64,000 bases of DNA from Enoplolaimus lenunculus (Eukaryota), in contig JASANG010003005.1 of NCBI GenBank assembly GCA_030248215.1, forward strand, positions 372,001 through 436,000. The letters are read 5' to 3'. Below the pieces are notes generated by a model that ran no database searches, was not told the origin of the DNA, and saw only the letters and a program-made list of their open reading frames with translations. Both the position numbers and the translations under genes were made by a program. This document shows, piece after piece, positions 50,810-63,800 of this stretch. Position 1 is the first letter of the stretch. Each line of letters opens with the position of its first letter.

Positions 50810-53174
50810 GAAATATTGGCGTTTTAAGATAGCCTATGCGTCTCTGCATTGGACGACTATTCTAATTTCCGGGACTTTAGCAATTAAAGGCATGCATATT
50901 CATTGGTGCTTTATAAAGAGGGGCAGTTATTACTTTGCCGAACTTGAAAAGTTCCGGTCACAAAGAAACTAATTTGTCGTTTTATTTTCCGTTTTTTCGT
51001 GCAACTGGTAAACCAGTTATACCAATTTTGAGAACACGCAGATTGAGCGTACAAAGTTGTATTTTGGCACTTATGGCTATACCGAATTCGAAAAGTTGCC
51101 CTTATAAAGTACTCACTAAAAATATACTTAAAATAAATAAAACTGTTGCCGAATTAAGTGTCGGTTTTACTTACTATGCTGCTTGACAAAGTTTTACTAA
51201 TTTTAAGCAAACACTAAATTCTTAGCTTTACATTTACATCATTAGTCAGGAAATGATAGCAGTAGTTTTACTTATTTACATTGTTTAAGCAAAGATTTAC
51301 TCAATGTTTAGTACACTTATGCTTAAAATAATTGGTAAAATATAACTAAATTATTTTAAGTTGAGTGTTTTTACAGAGTAGTTTTTCATTATTTTTCAAT
51401 TTCCAGTACCACTAATATCGCGGTTGGCCCATGTATAGAACCGGGCCGGAACAGTAGTATAAGCATATTCCTAAGCCTAAGCCTAAACCTAAGCGTATGG
51501 AAGAGCCCATTCCTTAGCCTAAGCTTAAACCTAAGCAAAAAATTAATCTAAAGCTAAACTAACTCTATTATATAGCCCCTTCGGAAAACGATCCGGCCCT
51601 GTTCTATACATAAGCGCTGTGGTTTTAGAACTAAGCATTAACGCAAAATTATCGGTTATGCTTCAGTCTTTGCGCGTTTACTTTACGTTCAGCACGCTTT
51701 ATTATCACTTATTGTTTTGCCAAACCCGACAAAATACTTACAGTTTAGAATATATATTTAGTACTGGAACTCATAATTAGGAGCCAGCAATTGCTTGAAT
51801 TTTTTCTGATTCGTAGACTTTTTGTTACCGTAGTCAAGTTAAGCGGAAACATTTAGTTTGTTTTCAACTCAGGTGCTTTATAATAATTGTTCATGTCTTC
51901 TGAGATAGTAAAACTTACTTTTAAGCTCTAGAATCATGAACAGAATGAATAGTTTATTTGTCAGAAGTAAAAATTTTGCGCTTTGTATCCAAGGACTTTC
52001 AAGTTCGCGCCATCGGGCCCGTAGCCAAAGGAGCAGAAGGCCTCAGCCCCCCTATAAAAAAATCTGGCCCCACAGAAATTTTTCAACCTTGCTTGTAAAG
52101 TCAACGAAAACCCTTGTATAACCCATCTGAAGAATTTTTAGGCCCCAATCACTAGCAGCGTGAGCTGGCTACGGGCCGGTGCGCCCAACTGATTTTTTGA
52201 ATCCACGACAATTCGTCACCCGAAAACTTGTTGCCCAACCGTGGTTTCACCCTAAATGTAGAAGGCTAATCAGGATGCTAAATTTAATCCTAAGCCTACA
52301 CTTAAACCTATCCATAATGATTTTGGACAACACACAAAAAAGTATTTCTGAATTTATTCAGAAAAGTGTTTTCTGTGGCAAATCTGGAAAGTTTTGCTGA
52401 TATTTAATAAGACAATTTTTCTAAAACTAACTGGGAAACGTTTATTTTCAGACTTCATTTCAAAACGTTTTTTGAAAACATTTCTGTTATAACAGAAATA
52501 CTTTTCAAGTGCACCTTGCTAATCATATTTCTGAAATGTAAGAAATTTTTTCTTAAATATCAGAAATATTATTTTGAGTGAAAGTCGCGAGCAAACGAAT
52601 TTACGGATTACAAGTTATCATCGGTCGACGAGTTGTCGGGCGACAAATTGCCGTGTTTCCCAATTTTTGTAAAATTTTTTAACTTTTTTGATTTATCATC
52701 ACTGCCGGATCCTTTCTAGGGATTTTGACTCAATCTGCAGCATCCATTAACCCTTTCTGTCATGATAATTGTGTGCCGCATCTACAGTGTAATTTCAAGC
52801 TAGAAATCAAGCGTCAAAGTCCGAAGATGCGTGGGTATTTACCAATCGACGCTCAATATGAAGAAAGATTACAGATAGTAAACTAAAAGTTTACTTGAAG
52901 TATATATAAGTTTAGTTCTATGACAGAAATAGACAACATTAGATAAATATTTGAACCGGTATTGCATGACGATAAAAGTCAGCTCTGTTTGGCAGCCAGT
53001 CATGCTTCATTGCGAAAAACATATATTTGTGATTCTTCAAAAATTGTTAAGAATCATAACAAATTTTAGATTTTTTTCCTGTAAATTATTGTTTACCGGG
53101 TACCGAGGCTATTAATTCTTGTACTGTTCAAGATAATAATGGTACAATTGAGTTTGAGGATGCATAGATGCTTT

Positions 53175-53381
53175 GTCCCATGTATAGATCACGGCCAGAA
53201 CCGTAGTATAAGCATATTCCTGAGCCTAAGCCCAAGCCGAAGCGTATGGATGAGCCTATTCCTAAGCCTAAGCCTAAGTCGAAGCCTAAGCCTAAATCTA
53301 AGCAAAAAATAGTCTAAATCTTAAACTGACTCTATTATAGCCCCGCCGGAAAACGATCCGGCCCTGTTCTATACATGGGCC
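53175..53381. mobile_element. TTAGGC-bearing MITE, family A
   Basis: Family TIRs; perfect TSD GATGCTTT. Confidence 0.85.
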
Positions 53382-53962
53382 GATGCTTTTACAATTTTCA
53401 TTTTAAGGACTTATTACAAATCGAAAAGTTTTTATTAGCTTATCGTTGACAAATTGAAACAGGAAACTGATTAAAATTTAAGTTAATTTGTATGTTGGAT
53501 TATTGGAAAGTCATGAAAAGCTCAAATATGCCAAAAAAATTCAAAATCGCAACATTTTTTACTGCCGGCAGACGGAATAGAAAGAAATCCTTACTACGTT
53601 CGTATCGCATGTGTAACATTGTAGCGGATCGCTAATTTGATTCAATTTTGAACTTCCCAAGTCTCGGTCACAGCTTTAAATTAATCCAAATAATTACGAC
53701 TTTAAAGCATCAAAAACAGTTGCTTGAAATCTGTAACATTGTAACGCATCGTTCACAATAAAAAATTTCATTTTGCCACCGAAAACAGTATACGGTTGGG
53801 TTAACTGGTGGTAACTTTCAAAATTATCATGCGTTCAATCTATACGATAAAACGAATGCAAGTATGTGAGACATGCTTGTCCTGGTGCATATGCAATAAA
53901 TGCAATGCACATTATGTTGTACGGTCGACACATATAGTCGACGAAAATGCAGTTAGAGAGGC

Positions 53963-54740
53963 GGGTTGCGTGGCGCAATGGTAACAGCGTCTGCCTGACA
54001 CGCAAAAGGTCGCTAGTTCTGAGCCGCCCGTAACCCGCTTTTCCAGCTCCTTGCTAGAAAGGTCTGATGTCCCTCAGTTCCAACCTAGACTGACAACGCA
54101 AAATCCGCGTTAACCATACCCAAACACGTGTCACAGCCTCAACCTAAGTCTAAACTTCCCAGTCTCTAAGTCTATCGGCCCCAATCTCTCTGTCTCCCAG
54201 TGGACAGTATCCTATGGAGAAGATCGCTGAATGCAACAACACACCACATGATACAGTGCATCTGTTCAACTGCACAAAAAACACTACCAGCCAGGGTGCA
54301 ACCGGAGGTGAAAAACAACGAAACTTGCCGAAGCCGGAGGTGAGCTGAAATTATGTGTTAAAAATGATGATTAATTAATTAATTTTAGCTAATATTTGCA
54401 ATATGTTGTTAAGTTGTTTGGTTTTACGTTAATTTTCGGAGGAATTTCAGAAATTATTTTCTGAAATTTGGGACAAAAGTAAAGCGAAACACACTAAACA
54501 GATAAATTTTGCTAAATTCTGCAAAAAATTTACTACCGAAATTGCCACATCCCCCGGAAAAAACCTACAGGAGCCGGTGCCGGAGGCCGATTTTCTGCCG
54601 GAGCCGGAGCCGGAGGCAGACCTCCGGTTGTACCTTGCTACCAGCCTCACTGGGAAAAGTCTGTGGACGGATACCCCAGCCGCTGCACCGTTCCTCAAAC
54701 TCTGACACAACACTGACGGTGGCAACAAACAACAACTAAC
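53963..54740 (+). mobile_element. SINE-like element: tRNA-like head plus LINE-derived 3' tail with CAA repeats, interrupted by a MITE
   Basis: 53963-54037 is tRNA-like (GGGTTGC/GTAACCC acceptor stem, A box TGGCGCAATGG, loop CTGACAC, damaged T arm). 54229-54291 plus 54646-54705 translate to ECNNTPHDTVHLFNCTKNTTSLTGKSLWTDTPAAAPFLKL*, resembling the C-terminal zinc-knuckle region of I-group LINE ORF2, then CAACAAACAACAAC. Confidence 0.65.
54292..54637. mobile_element. hAT-like MITE, family G (CCGGAG-rich)
   Basis: CAGGGTGCAACCGGAGG...CCTCCGGTTGTACCTTG; perfect 8-bp TSD CTACCAGC. Confidence 0.85.
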
Positions 54741-54875
54741 ATACGTCATGAATTTAGTGAAATATTTCAATTTTGAACTTAGCTTGTATCTATCTACAGC
54801 TTTACTAATATTTGATTATGGCTTAAAATAAAAGTTTAAAATTGTCAAGTGTGATTCTGCTACGTGGATGTAATA

Positions 54876-57800
54876 ATGCATCAATACGAGCTTCCGTTTC
54901 CACATCCTTCGACATCTTCGCATTCTAGTCCTGCAGATTCGGTTCCGAACGCTGATTTGGCGTGCATCATCAAAGATTTGTCCAAAGAACCAATTTTGGG
55001 CAACATTAATATGTATTGTTCGGCGCCTCCAAGATTTCTTGGTACCCCGTACAAAGAAGGTCATTTGGTTTTTGATGCAATGTTTGAGTCAGGTAACCGT
55101 GATTTCATATCACTGTAAATTTCAGTGAGTTGATAGTAACTCAGAATGAGTTGAATCGACTCATAGGTCTGAGCTCTGAATTAGGTCTTTCAGAACTCAG
55201 ACTTGTGAATTGAATGAACTCATTCTGAATTAATTAATCAACTAAACCAGAGTTAAATCAGCTCAGAGTGAGTTAATATTTACGGTTATTAACTCAGAAA
55301 AATAAAACAGAAAAGCTACTTGTCTCTCTGAGTTCTGTAATCAACTCATCAGAATTTACTGTGTAGTATTCTGAATGAACCGCAACGTCTGCTGTCAACT
55401 CGCTAGTGGTTCAAATGTCAGCTATCTTGGGTACATAAACGGTGTTTGAAACTTGAGCAATTTTTGTTTTGAAATATACAATTTTTTGCCAGACAGAAAT
55501 TGGTTATATTTTTATATTACTGGTCGCTTTAGTGCATCACCTATACACTGTAAATTGTAATGAGTTGATTAATCAACTCAACTAGTGAGTTAGTTATTTT
55601 TGAATTACTATTATTCAACATTAACTCAATATGAGTTGAGTTGATTCTCACTCTGAGTTGAGTTGATTTTGGCTGAGTTGTTTAATTAACTCAGAATGAG
55701 TTGAATTGAATCAGAACGCTGAGTTCTGATAGTCTTAACTCCAGATTGAGTGATATAGCTTGTTCTGAGTTAAAATCAACTCACTGAAATTTACAGTGTA
55801 AGTGTATCGAAACAATATTCTGCAGATATAATCGATTATTCCTAATGCCTGTGTTGCCCTTCTTAGGAGACTCGGTAAACGTAAATTTTTGTGCCGGCAA
55901 TTAAATAACCAGCTTAGAATATTAAATAGCACTGGTCGATCAGCTAATTTCTGTATTGGCCGCTGCGATCACACCTGTGGAGAAACTCTAACCCCTGGTG
56001 GCGCTTAAGGTCTATTTATTCTTCTAGTGGATTACCTCTAGATTTTGGGCCCATTTTAGTTTTAGGGCCGTGCCGGTTTGTGGATGGTCTGCAAAAGAGT
56101 AGACTTACATTGTAGACTACATTTTTTTTTGCTTAGACTTACGGTTAGGATTAGGCTTAGACTTACAATTAGGAATACGCCTTTGCAACGCTTAGGCTTA
56201 GGCTTAGGCTTATGAATACGCTTAATCTACTGTTACGGCCCTAAAAGTAACATCGGGCAGAATTTGTATGGTGTTAATAAAATTGCAGGTACTCCCTGTA
56301 AACATTCAGTTTAATATTCAGTGTTTGCGTCAAAGTAGCGTAGAGGCTCAGCGAATCTCAACCTGTAAATCATTTTAAATTTCTTCAAGATACAATTTGC
56401 ATATGACCCATATTGTCAAACATGTATAGCAACTATCATCAATTAGTAATAGGTTTTCAAACTCGCTAACTATTGCAGCTGCTGAACTCAAAAACGGTAC
56501 ACGAGTAGAACGAGCAAAATGAGAAAATTGTGCGGATATTTGAGTCTCAGTATTTACTGGTTTGAAAGTTACAAGACCTATCATCAACTGGTAATAGACG
56601 CTACACTCTCATTTGAAAATACGGGCGTAGATTTCTTGCAAAATATGCTATTCAAACGATATCAGCATGGAGTGAAATAATCTGAAATTGCAGGTAATTT
56701 GTCATCGGTTGCATCGATCAACGAATGCGAATACGATTTATATCTTCGACCTGATACATGCAATCCAAAACAACGTTTGTGGTTCTATTTTTCGGTTGGA
56801 AATGTGCTAAAAAATCAAGTAACACAACGTCCACAATATCATGCGTATGTCAGGTGACCTTTGAAGAAGCAGGGTGCTAAACCACGGAAGTGTTTTAAGC
56901 GTCTGTGATTTGCGAATTAAAGAATTTTGGGCTTCAGTGTGCTGGCTACTGATGCTTTTTTGGTTTTAGTAACCATCACCCCATCCCCTCCAAGGTGGCC
57001 TGATGTACGCAACGTACGGGTTCATAGCTAAGGGGGGGCAGGGGGACTCAGCCCCCTGTTTTTGCCTTCCCCTAGAAAGTTTTCAACCTTGCGTGCACAT
57101 CATTGAAAACTCTAATGCCCTTCCTAACAATTTTTAGCCCTCCTAACAAGGTGAGCTAGCTACAGGCCTGGCAACGTAGGTATGAGATTGTGGAAATTGC
57201 TTACTATGCTTATCCTTAAAATTTGAACATATTACACTGATCAGGTATGCGGAGCACTTACAGCAACGGTTTTCATTAATGTGAAAACTTTTTATACCAA
57301 TGAACGCATTTATCACGGCAGAGTAACAATTTTCCAAAATAAACATTTTCGCTAAAAAGCCTAATGTTGACGGTTCGGTGTGAAGAATACAACGAACGTG
57401 GCACCGATCATGGTTTACAACCGCAAATAGTGCTAAAGTATCGTACTCATGTTTATCTTGTGACAGTTAATAGTAGACGAACAATTAATAATATAACAAA
57501 TTACATATTTTTAATTGCACTTGCAAAGATAGTGAAAATTAGTTGCTTTTGCCTCAAAGACGGGACTTAATTCGGTGACGTTGATATCCGTTTGCTAGCG
57601 ACACAAACATTGTCTATTACAAAATCGAAAAAGCTTCCACTCGGCCGGCATGAGTCCCGGCCCGTAGTGAAGGGGGGTAACGGGGCTCAGCCCCACCTGG
57701 AAAATCGTGGGGCCCCGTAGTAAGTTTTCAACCTTGCTTGTAACTCATTGAAAACCCTTGAATGCCCTTCCGGAAAATGGTTCTCCTAGCAAGATGAGCT

Positions 57801-60800
57801 GGCGACGAAAAAGAGTAGGTTTAGATTCTGGCTTATATTTTTTTGCTTAGGCTTAGGCTTAGGATCTCATTTTTGCAACGCTTAGGCCTAGGCTTAGGAC
57901 TACGCTTAATCTACTGCAACGCCCCTTCAAGCAACATTGGCGAAACGATTTATACATTCAGGAGGTAAACGCACATACAAGATGAGAACGAAGGGCTGAA
58001 ATAATCTTTCTTTGAAATTCCCTTAAAAATCCCAACAAAGTTTGTTTGCTGGCTTTAAAATAATACATCTGTTTTGTTCTTGAGTATAAACAAATAAAAT
58101 TGCGCTGTCCCGAAATGAGAAATCATGGCTACGCTCCTGTTATAGAAGGCCATTTAGCGTACACTGCAAAAATGGTGAACCAAATTGACTTACTCCGAAA
58201 TAGGCTTTTCCTGACTACACAAACTGAGTCAAAATTCGACTCCTCCAGAGTCAAATTCGATTCAATGAATCGCTTAGTGAGTCGAATTTGACTCTGGCGA
58301 AGTCGAATTTGACTCAGTTTGTGTAGTCAGGAAAAGCCTATTTCGGAGAGAGTCAATTAGACTCACCATTTTTACTGTGTACGATTAGACTTGATTATAT
58401 AACACAAACAAATGTTTCATTTTAGAAAGTGATTTTCAACATTGTCAACTTTAGTAAAGTCAAATCGCTGTACAGTGATGGAATGGCACCTGTCGTTCGC
58501 TCAACAACCAGGCCTAAATGGTTAGTTTTTGACAAATTTATTCATCTTTGTTTGTTTTAATATACTAACTGAGAATTTCTCCATTAAAACTGACACAAAG
58601 TTTTAATTAGTTTTTGATTGAAAAATTTGAAAATGCAATATTACTATGATTTTAGCTATAAATTTGCTGAAATTTTTTTCAAATTGATATGCAAGCTAAG
58701 GCATTATTACATAACAGTTTTAGCTATAAGCATGAAATTAACACTACTATACAATCGTATATCTCAACACATGGGGTTAAGCTTCAAGCCAGTGCTGATT
58801 AGTAGCGGCGCAGCGGTTGACCCGAAAGCGAGTTGAAATATATAATTGGTAAGGTAGAAACGTTACTAATTTTTCATTCAATTTTTTAATTCTGTTTTAT
58901 GCGAAATTTTCTGACTTCAAAAATCGTACGAATCGCCCGTCTGGTTCTGCCCGCAACTGTTGCGCCACTTCGCAATCTGTTGGAGCAGGCAGGGGTGGGG
59001 GTTTCGCCCCAAATTCCAGGGTGGGAGCCCCCAAACGCGCGAACGTACCGAACGAGAAGCCAGACGCATTTTAAAACTTAAGCGGTTTTTGTTTCAACCG
59101 GTTAGGGTGGAGGTCCCTTTAGGGGTGCGGGCTTTCCAAATGGGGGTATGGGGGTGGTTGCTACGGCCCTGTATATGTAAGTGCAAGAAGATGAATTGAA
59201 AAACAATAGATGATATTGCACTTGCTAACAAAATACGAACGATTCCGTGCGCCAAAAGCCACTGACTTTCGGTAAACTTTATTTATTACAAAATTAAAAC
59301 ACTTTTTACTTTTAGGCAACGAATACCTCCACGTCACGTGCATTATTACCGCTCGCTGGATCATGACCACAATTATGTAATGTCGTTTGCGTTTGCGTTT
59401 GATCGACCGGAAGATACGTATTATTTTGCGTATTGCTATCCGTACACTTACACAAAGATGCAACAATTTCTCAACGAGTGTGAAAAACTGAAAACGTCAT
59501 GCTTTTCAAGGGATCTACTTGGACTCACTGTGGTTAGTTACGTTGGCCATTGCAAAGAACATGGGCAGAACAGTATTATAAACATATTCGTAATGCTAAG
59601 CCTAAGCTTAAGTCTAAGCGTAAGCGTAAGAACGAGTATATTTCTAAGCCTAAGTCTACGCGTAAGCGTAAGAATGAGCATATTCCAAAGCCTAAGTCTA
59701 AGCGTAAGCGAAAGAAAGAGCATATTCCTAAGCTTAAGTCTAAGCGTAAGCGTAAGAATGAGCATATTCCTAAGCCTAAGTCTAAGCGTAAGCGTAAGAA
59801 CGAGCATATTCCTAAGCCTAAGCCTAAGTCTAAGCGTAAGCGTAAGAATGAGCATATTCCTAAGCCTAAATCTAAGCGTAAGCGTAAGAATGAGCATATT
59901 CCTTAGTCTAAGTCTAAGCGTAAGCGTATGAACGAGCATATTCCTAAGCCTAAGTCTAAATGTAACCGTAAGCGCAAGAATGAGCATATTCCTAAGCCTA
60001 AGTCTAAGCGTAAGCGGAAGAACAAGCATATTCCTAAGCCTAAGCCTAAGCGTAAGCGTAAGAACGAGCATGTTCCTAAGCCTAAGTCTAAGCGTAAGCG
60101 TAAGAACGACCATATTCCTAAGCCTAAGTCTAAGTCTAAGCGTAAGCGTAAGAACGAGCATATTCCTAAGCCTAAGTCTAAGTCTAAGCGTAAGCGGAAG
60201 AACGAGCATATTCCTAAGCCTAAGTCTAAGTCTAAGCGTAAGCGTAAGAACGAGCATATTCCTAAGCCTAAGTCTAAGTCTAAGCGTAAGCGTAAGAACA
60301 AGCATATTCCTAAGCCTAAGCCTAAACCAGGCTAAAAATAGTCTAAACCTTCAGCTTACTCAATTGTAGTCGTACAGAATAACGTTCCGCACCTGATCTT
60401 TACATGGGCCGTTACGTTGGGTACGATTCATTTTTTTGTGTAATTTTGTTTTGTCACAAAGTAAAAATTAGTAAAGTTTAAAATCAAATTAATTTTAAAC
60501 ACTGTCGCTGTCAACCGTTTCACTCATTAATAATTTTTTTCGACAGAAAAATCAGGGCCGTATGTAAAAATACATTTTGTTTACAAATTATTAAAACGGG
60601 ATTATGCGGCAAATGCTCATTCTTACACTTAGGTTTAGGCTTAGGCTGAGGTTTAGGAATATTCTCATTCTTTTACTCTTGAGGTTAGGGTTAGGCTTAG
60701 GCTGAGGCTTAGGAATATGCTCATTCTTACGCTTAGGTTTAGGCTTAGGCTCAGGCTTAGGAATATTCTCATTGTTTTACTCTTAAGGTTAGGGTTAGGC

Positions 60801-63800
60801 TTAGGCTGAGGCTTAGGAATATGCTCATTCTTACGCTTAGGTTTAGGCTTAGGCTGAGGCTTAGGAATATTCTCATTCTTTTACTCTTAAGGTTAGGGTT
60901 AGGCTTAGGCTGAGGCTTAGGAATATGCTCATTCTTACGCTTAGGTTTAGGCTTAGGCTTAGGCTTAGGAATATTCTCATTCTTTTACTCTTAAGGTTAG
61001 GGTTAGGCTTAGGCTGAGGCTTAGGAATATGCTCATTCTTACGCTTAGGTTTAGACTTAGGCTTAGGCTTAGGAATATGTTTATAATACTGTTCCGCCCC
61101 TGTTGTTTACATTGGCCGTTATTTTTAGCAACATCGTTCGCTGGATTTGATTACCATCACTGAGCCGTCAAACAACAACCTGGGCATCAACCAAGTCCAA
61201 CAAATCATTGTTATATCAGCTCGTGTTCATCCTGGCGAAACTCCAGCATCGTTTATTTGTGAAGGTAAGCAACTTCATTTAAGTTACAGAACAGTTTGGT
61301 GTGGTTAACTTTTGATTTAGTTAAACGCATGCGCTGAGTTGCTCATAATATACTCGGCCAATGTACTTTAAGGGGCATAACAGTAGATTAAGCGTATTCG
61401 TTAGCCTAAGCCTAAGCTTTGTAAGAATGAATTTCTAAGCCTAAGCCTAAGCCTGAGCGTTGCAAAAATGAATTTCTAAGCCTAAAGTCTAAACCTAAGC
61501 GTAAAAGCGTTGCAAAAATGAATTTCTAAGCCTAAAATCTAAGACTAAGCCTAAGCGTTGCGAAAATGAATTCCTAAGCCTAAGCCTAAACAAAAAAGTG
61601 TAATCAAGAATCTAAACCTACTCTTTTGTAGACCCACCAGAAACCTGGACGCCACTTAAAGTGACATTGGCTGTATACCCTATGTGAAATGATGTTGATT
61701 TTAAAATTTAATGTTAAAATTTTCAGTACTAAACTGTTGCTGGTAGCTTAATATGCAATTTAGGTACGATTTTGTCATTAGCGTCAATTAAGCGTGCTGA
61801 AATATTGTTGTTTTTGTGATTCTGCTTATGGCTGAGGTCAGAGAATCTTAAACCGTTTAAATGTTGCAGTTTCCGAACAACTTAAAATAGTGAAAAAATT
61901 ATGAACAGAGCCGGAGCAGGCAGCCACCCCCCATTTGAGGGGGTAACCCAAAAGAGTACCCCCACCGGTAACAAAACTTTAAGCAAAAAATTTGAAAAAC
62001 ATTTAACTGTCACAAGGAACCGCTACCCCGGAATTTGGGGATGGTTCCATTCTATCCAGGTCCGGCACTGGTCATAAACTGTTTTCTAGATACGGGAAGA
62101 AATTGATTTTACTATATTGGTTCTTTACAAAGTATAACAGCTTGCGTATGTAGTACTTATTTGAAATCACAAGGTCATCATAGACGCGTTTAGCAATCCG
62201 TAAATTTTTTCGATGCCGCTCAGTAGTATTAGCCGGCCGGGCGGGCAGTCAAACATCCGGTGGGCCAGCCGGCCGGGCAGTCAAACATCCGGTTGGCCGC
62301 CGGCCGGCCGGCCAATAGAAAAAACGGTAACTGCACAACACTAGCGCTCAAACGCTTATATACGTTTCATATCTGCATTTGCAGTTAGGTTACGTACTTA
62401 ATGGCTGGTATATTTTCAATTTAGGTTTAATAAAGTATTTGCTTGGCGATAGTGTGGTTGCTCAAACGCTTCGCAAGACTTATGTATTTAAAATTGTGCC
62501 TATGCTTAATCCTGACGGTGTCTATTTGGGAAACTATCGGTAAGTGTACTGTATTGAGCCAAATAAGGGGGGTAATAAGAGGGGGTCCCCATTTTGAGTC
62601 GCAATCAATAGGAGTCCAAACCTTAAGTAGAGTCGATAAATGTCAATTATCCCTAATTGTAGAGCATAAATGACTCCAGAAAAAAATACCCCCTGTTATT
62701 CGGTTACGGACTTTTATTTATTTTCAACCTGCTCCCGCCACTCTTCGTTACTGATATATCCGGTATTGCAATTATCCGTTGATTTAAACGCTTTTTGCCT
62801 TGCATCAAAAGCTTGAGCGATAATGCAAGGTTACTTTGGAATGTTACATTCAAAACTTAAGTACGCTTTAAAGTTTCGAACTCAACGTTGTTTGGTCCTG
62901 GAGTCATTTATGCGCTGCAATTAGGAATAATCGCCATTTATGGACACCAATTAAGGTTTAGGGACTCTATCCGCTTACGGACTATTATTAGGGATACGGA
63001 CTCCTACTGTTTGGGACTCAAAATGGACACCCCCTCTTATTACCCCCTCTTAATCGGGTCATTACAGTAACAAAGAAAGTAATACTTACTTCATTTCACA
63101 ACTCTGCTTTATATTTCTCGCAAACTAATATTTTTATGAAGCAGAAAATGTTGAATAGCGTTTCCTAAAAATCTAGCAAACAATGACAATATATAAGTCG
63201 AAATGCTTAATTCTCTATTTCTACAATCTGAAAGAACTATCGCTTGCTGGTAAACAAGAAATATGTTTGCTTTTCTGTCTACGATCCGAGTGATCGAAAT
63301 TTAGTAAACCTTTTTCTTCTCAGTGCCACTGGCAGCGCTGCCCAAACCCACCGATTGAGGGGCCGATCCTTAAAGGGCCCCAACTTGGCGAACTTAACCA
63401 TTTTCGCGGACCGTAATCCTATTGCGCTGCGAACCATTTTCTAGGAGCCCGTCTTATCTGCACTGCAAAAGATGGTAAGTCAAACTGACTCTCTCTCCGA
63501 AATAGGCTGTAAGGGACTACACAAGTTGACTCAAATTCGTATCCTCCAGAGTCAAACGTGAGATTCAGTGAATCGAATTGGACTCTGGCGGAGTCGAATT
63601 GGACTCAGGCGGAGTCGAATTTGACTCAGTTTGTGTAGTCCCGTAGAGCTAATATTTCGGAGAGAGTCAATTTGACTTACCATTTTTGCAGTGTGTTTGA
63701 TGGGTCCCGACGATCCTAACGCCGGCCCTATGAACTACTGTAAATCTGACGATGACTTGGGTTGAACGTTTGTTATTTAGTTGGTGTAGAAGCTAAATAG

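Noticed and set aside
53963..54037. Functional tRNA-Val(GAC) gene
   Set aside because: The T arm and B box are damaged (AGTTCTGAGCC) and it leads into a LINE-like tail, so it is treated as a SINE head. The tRNA-like heads at 5199 and 31231 are treated the same way.
59590..60330. CRISPR-like look of regularly spaced repeats
   Set aside because: The spacers are themselves repeated hexamers, there are no cas genes, and the context is a eukaryotic intron.
59538..60369. Long LR-, LS- and PK-rich ORFs (up to 255 aa), also at 40209-40796 and 41973-42380
   Set aside because: They are translations of hexamer-based TTAGGC arrays inside MITEs, open in several frames, with no sign of a real protein.
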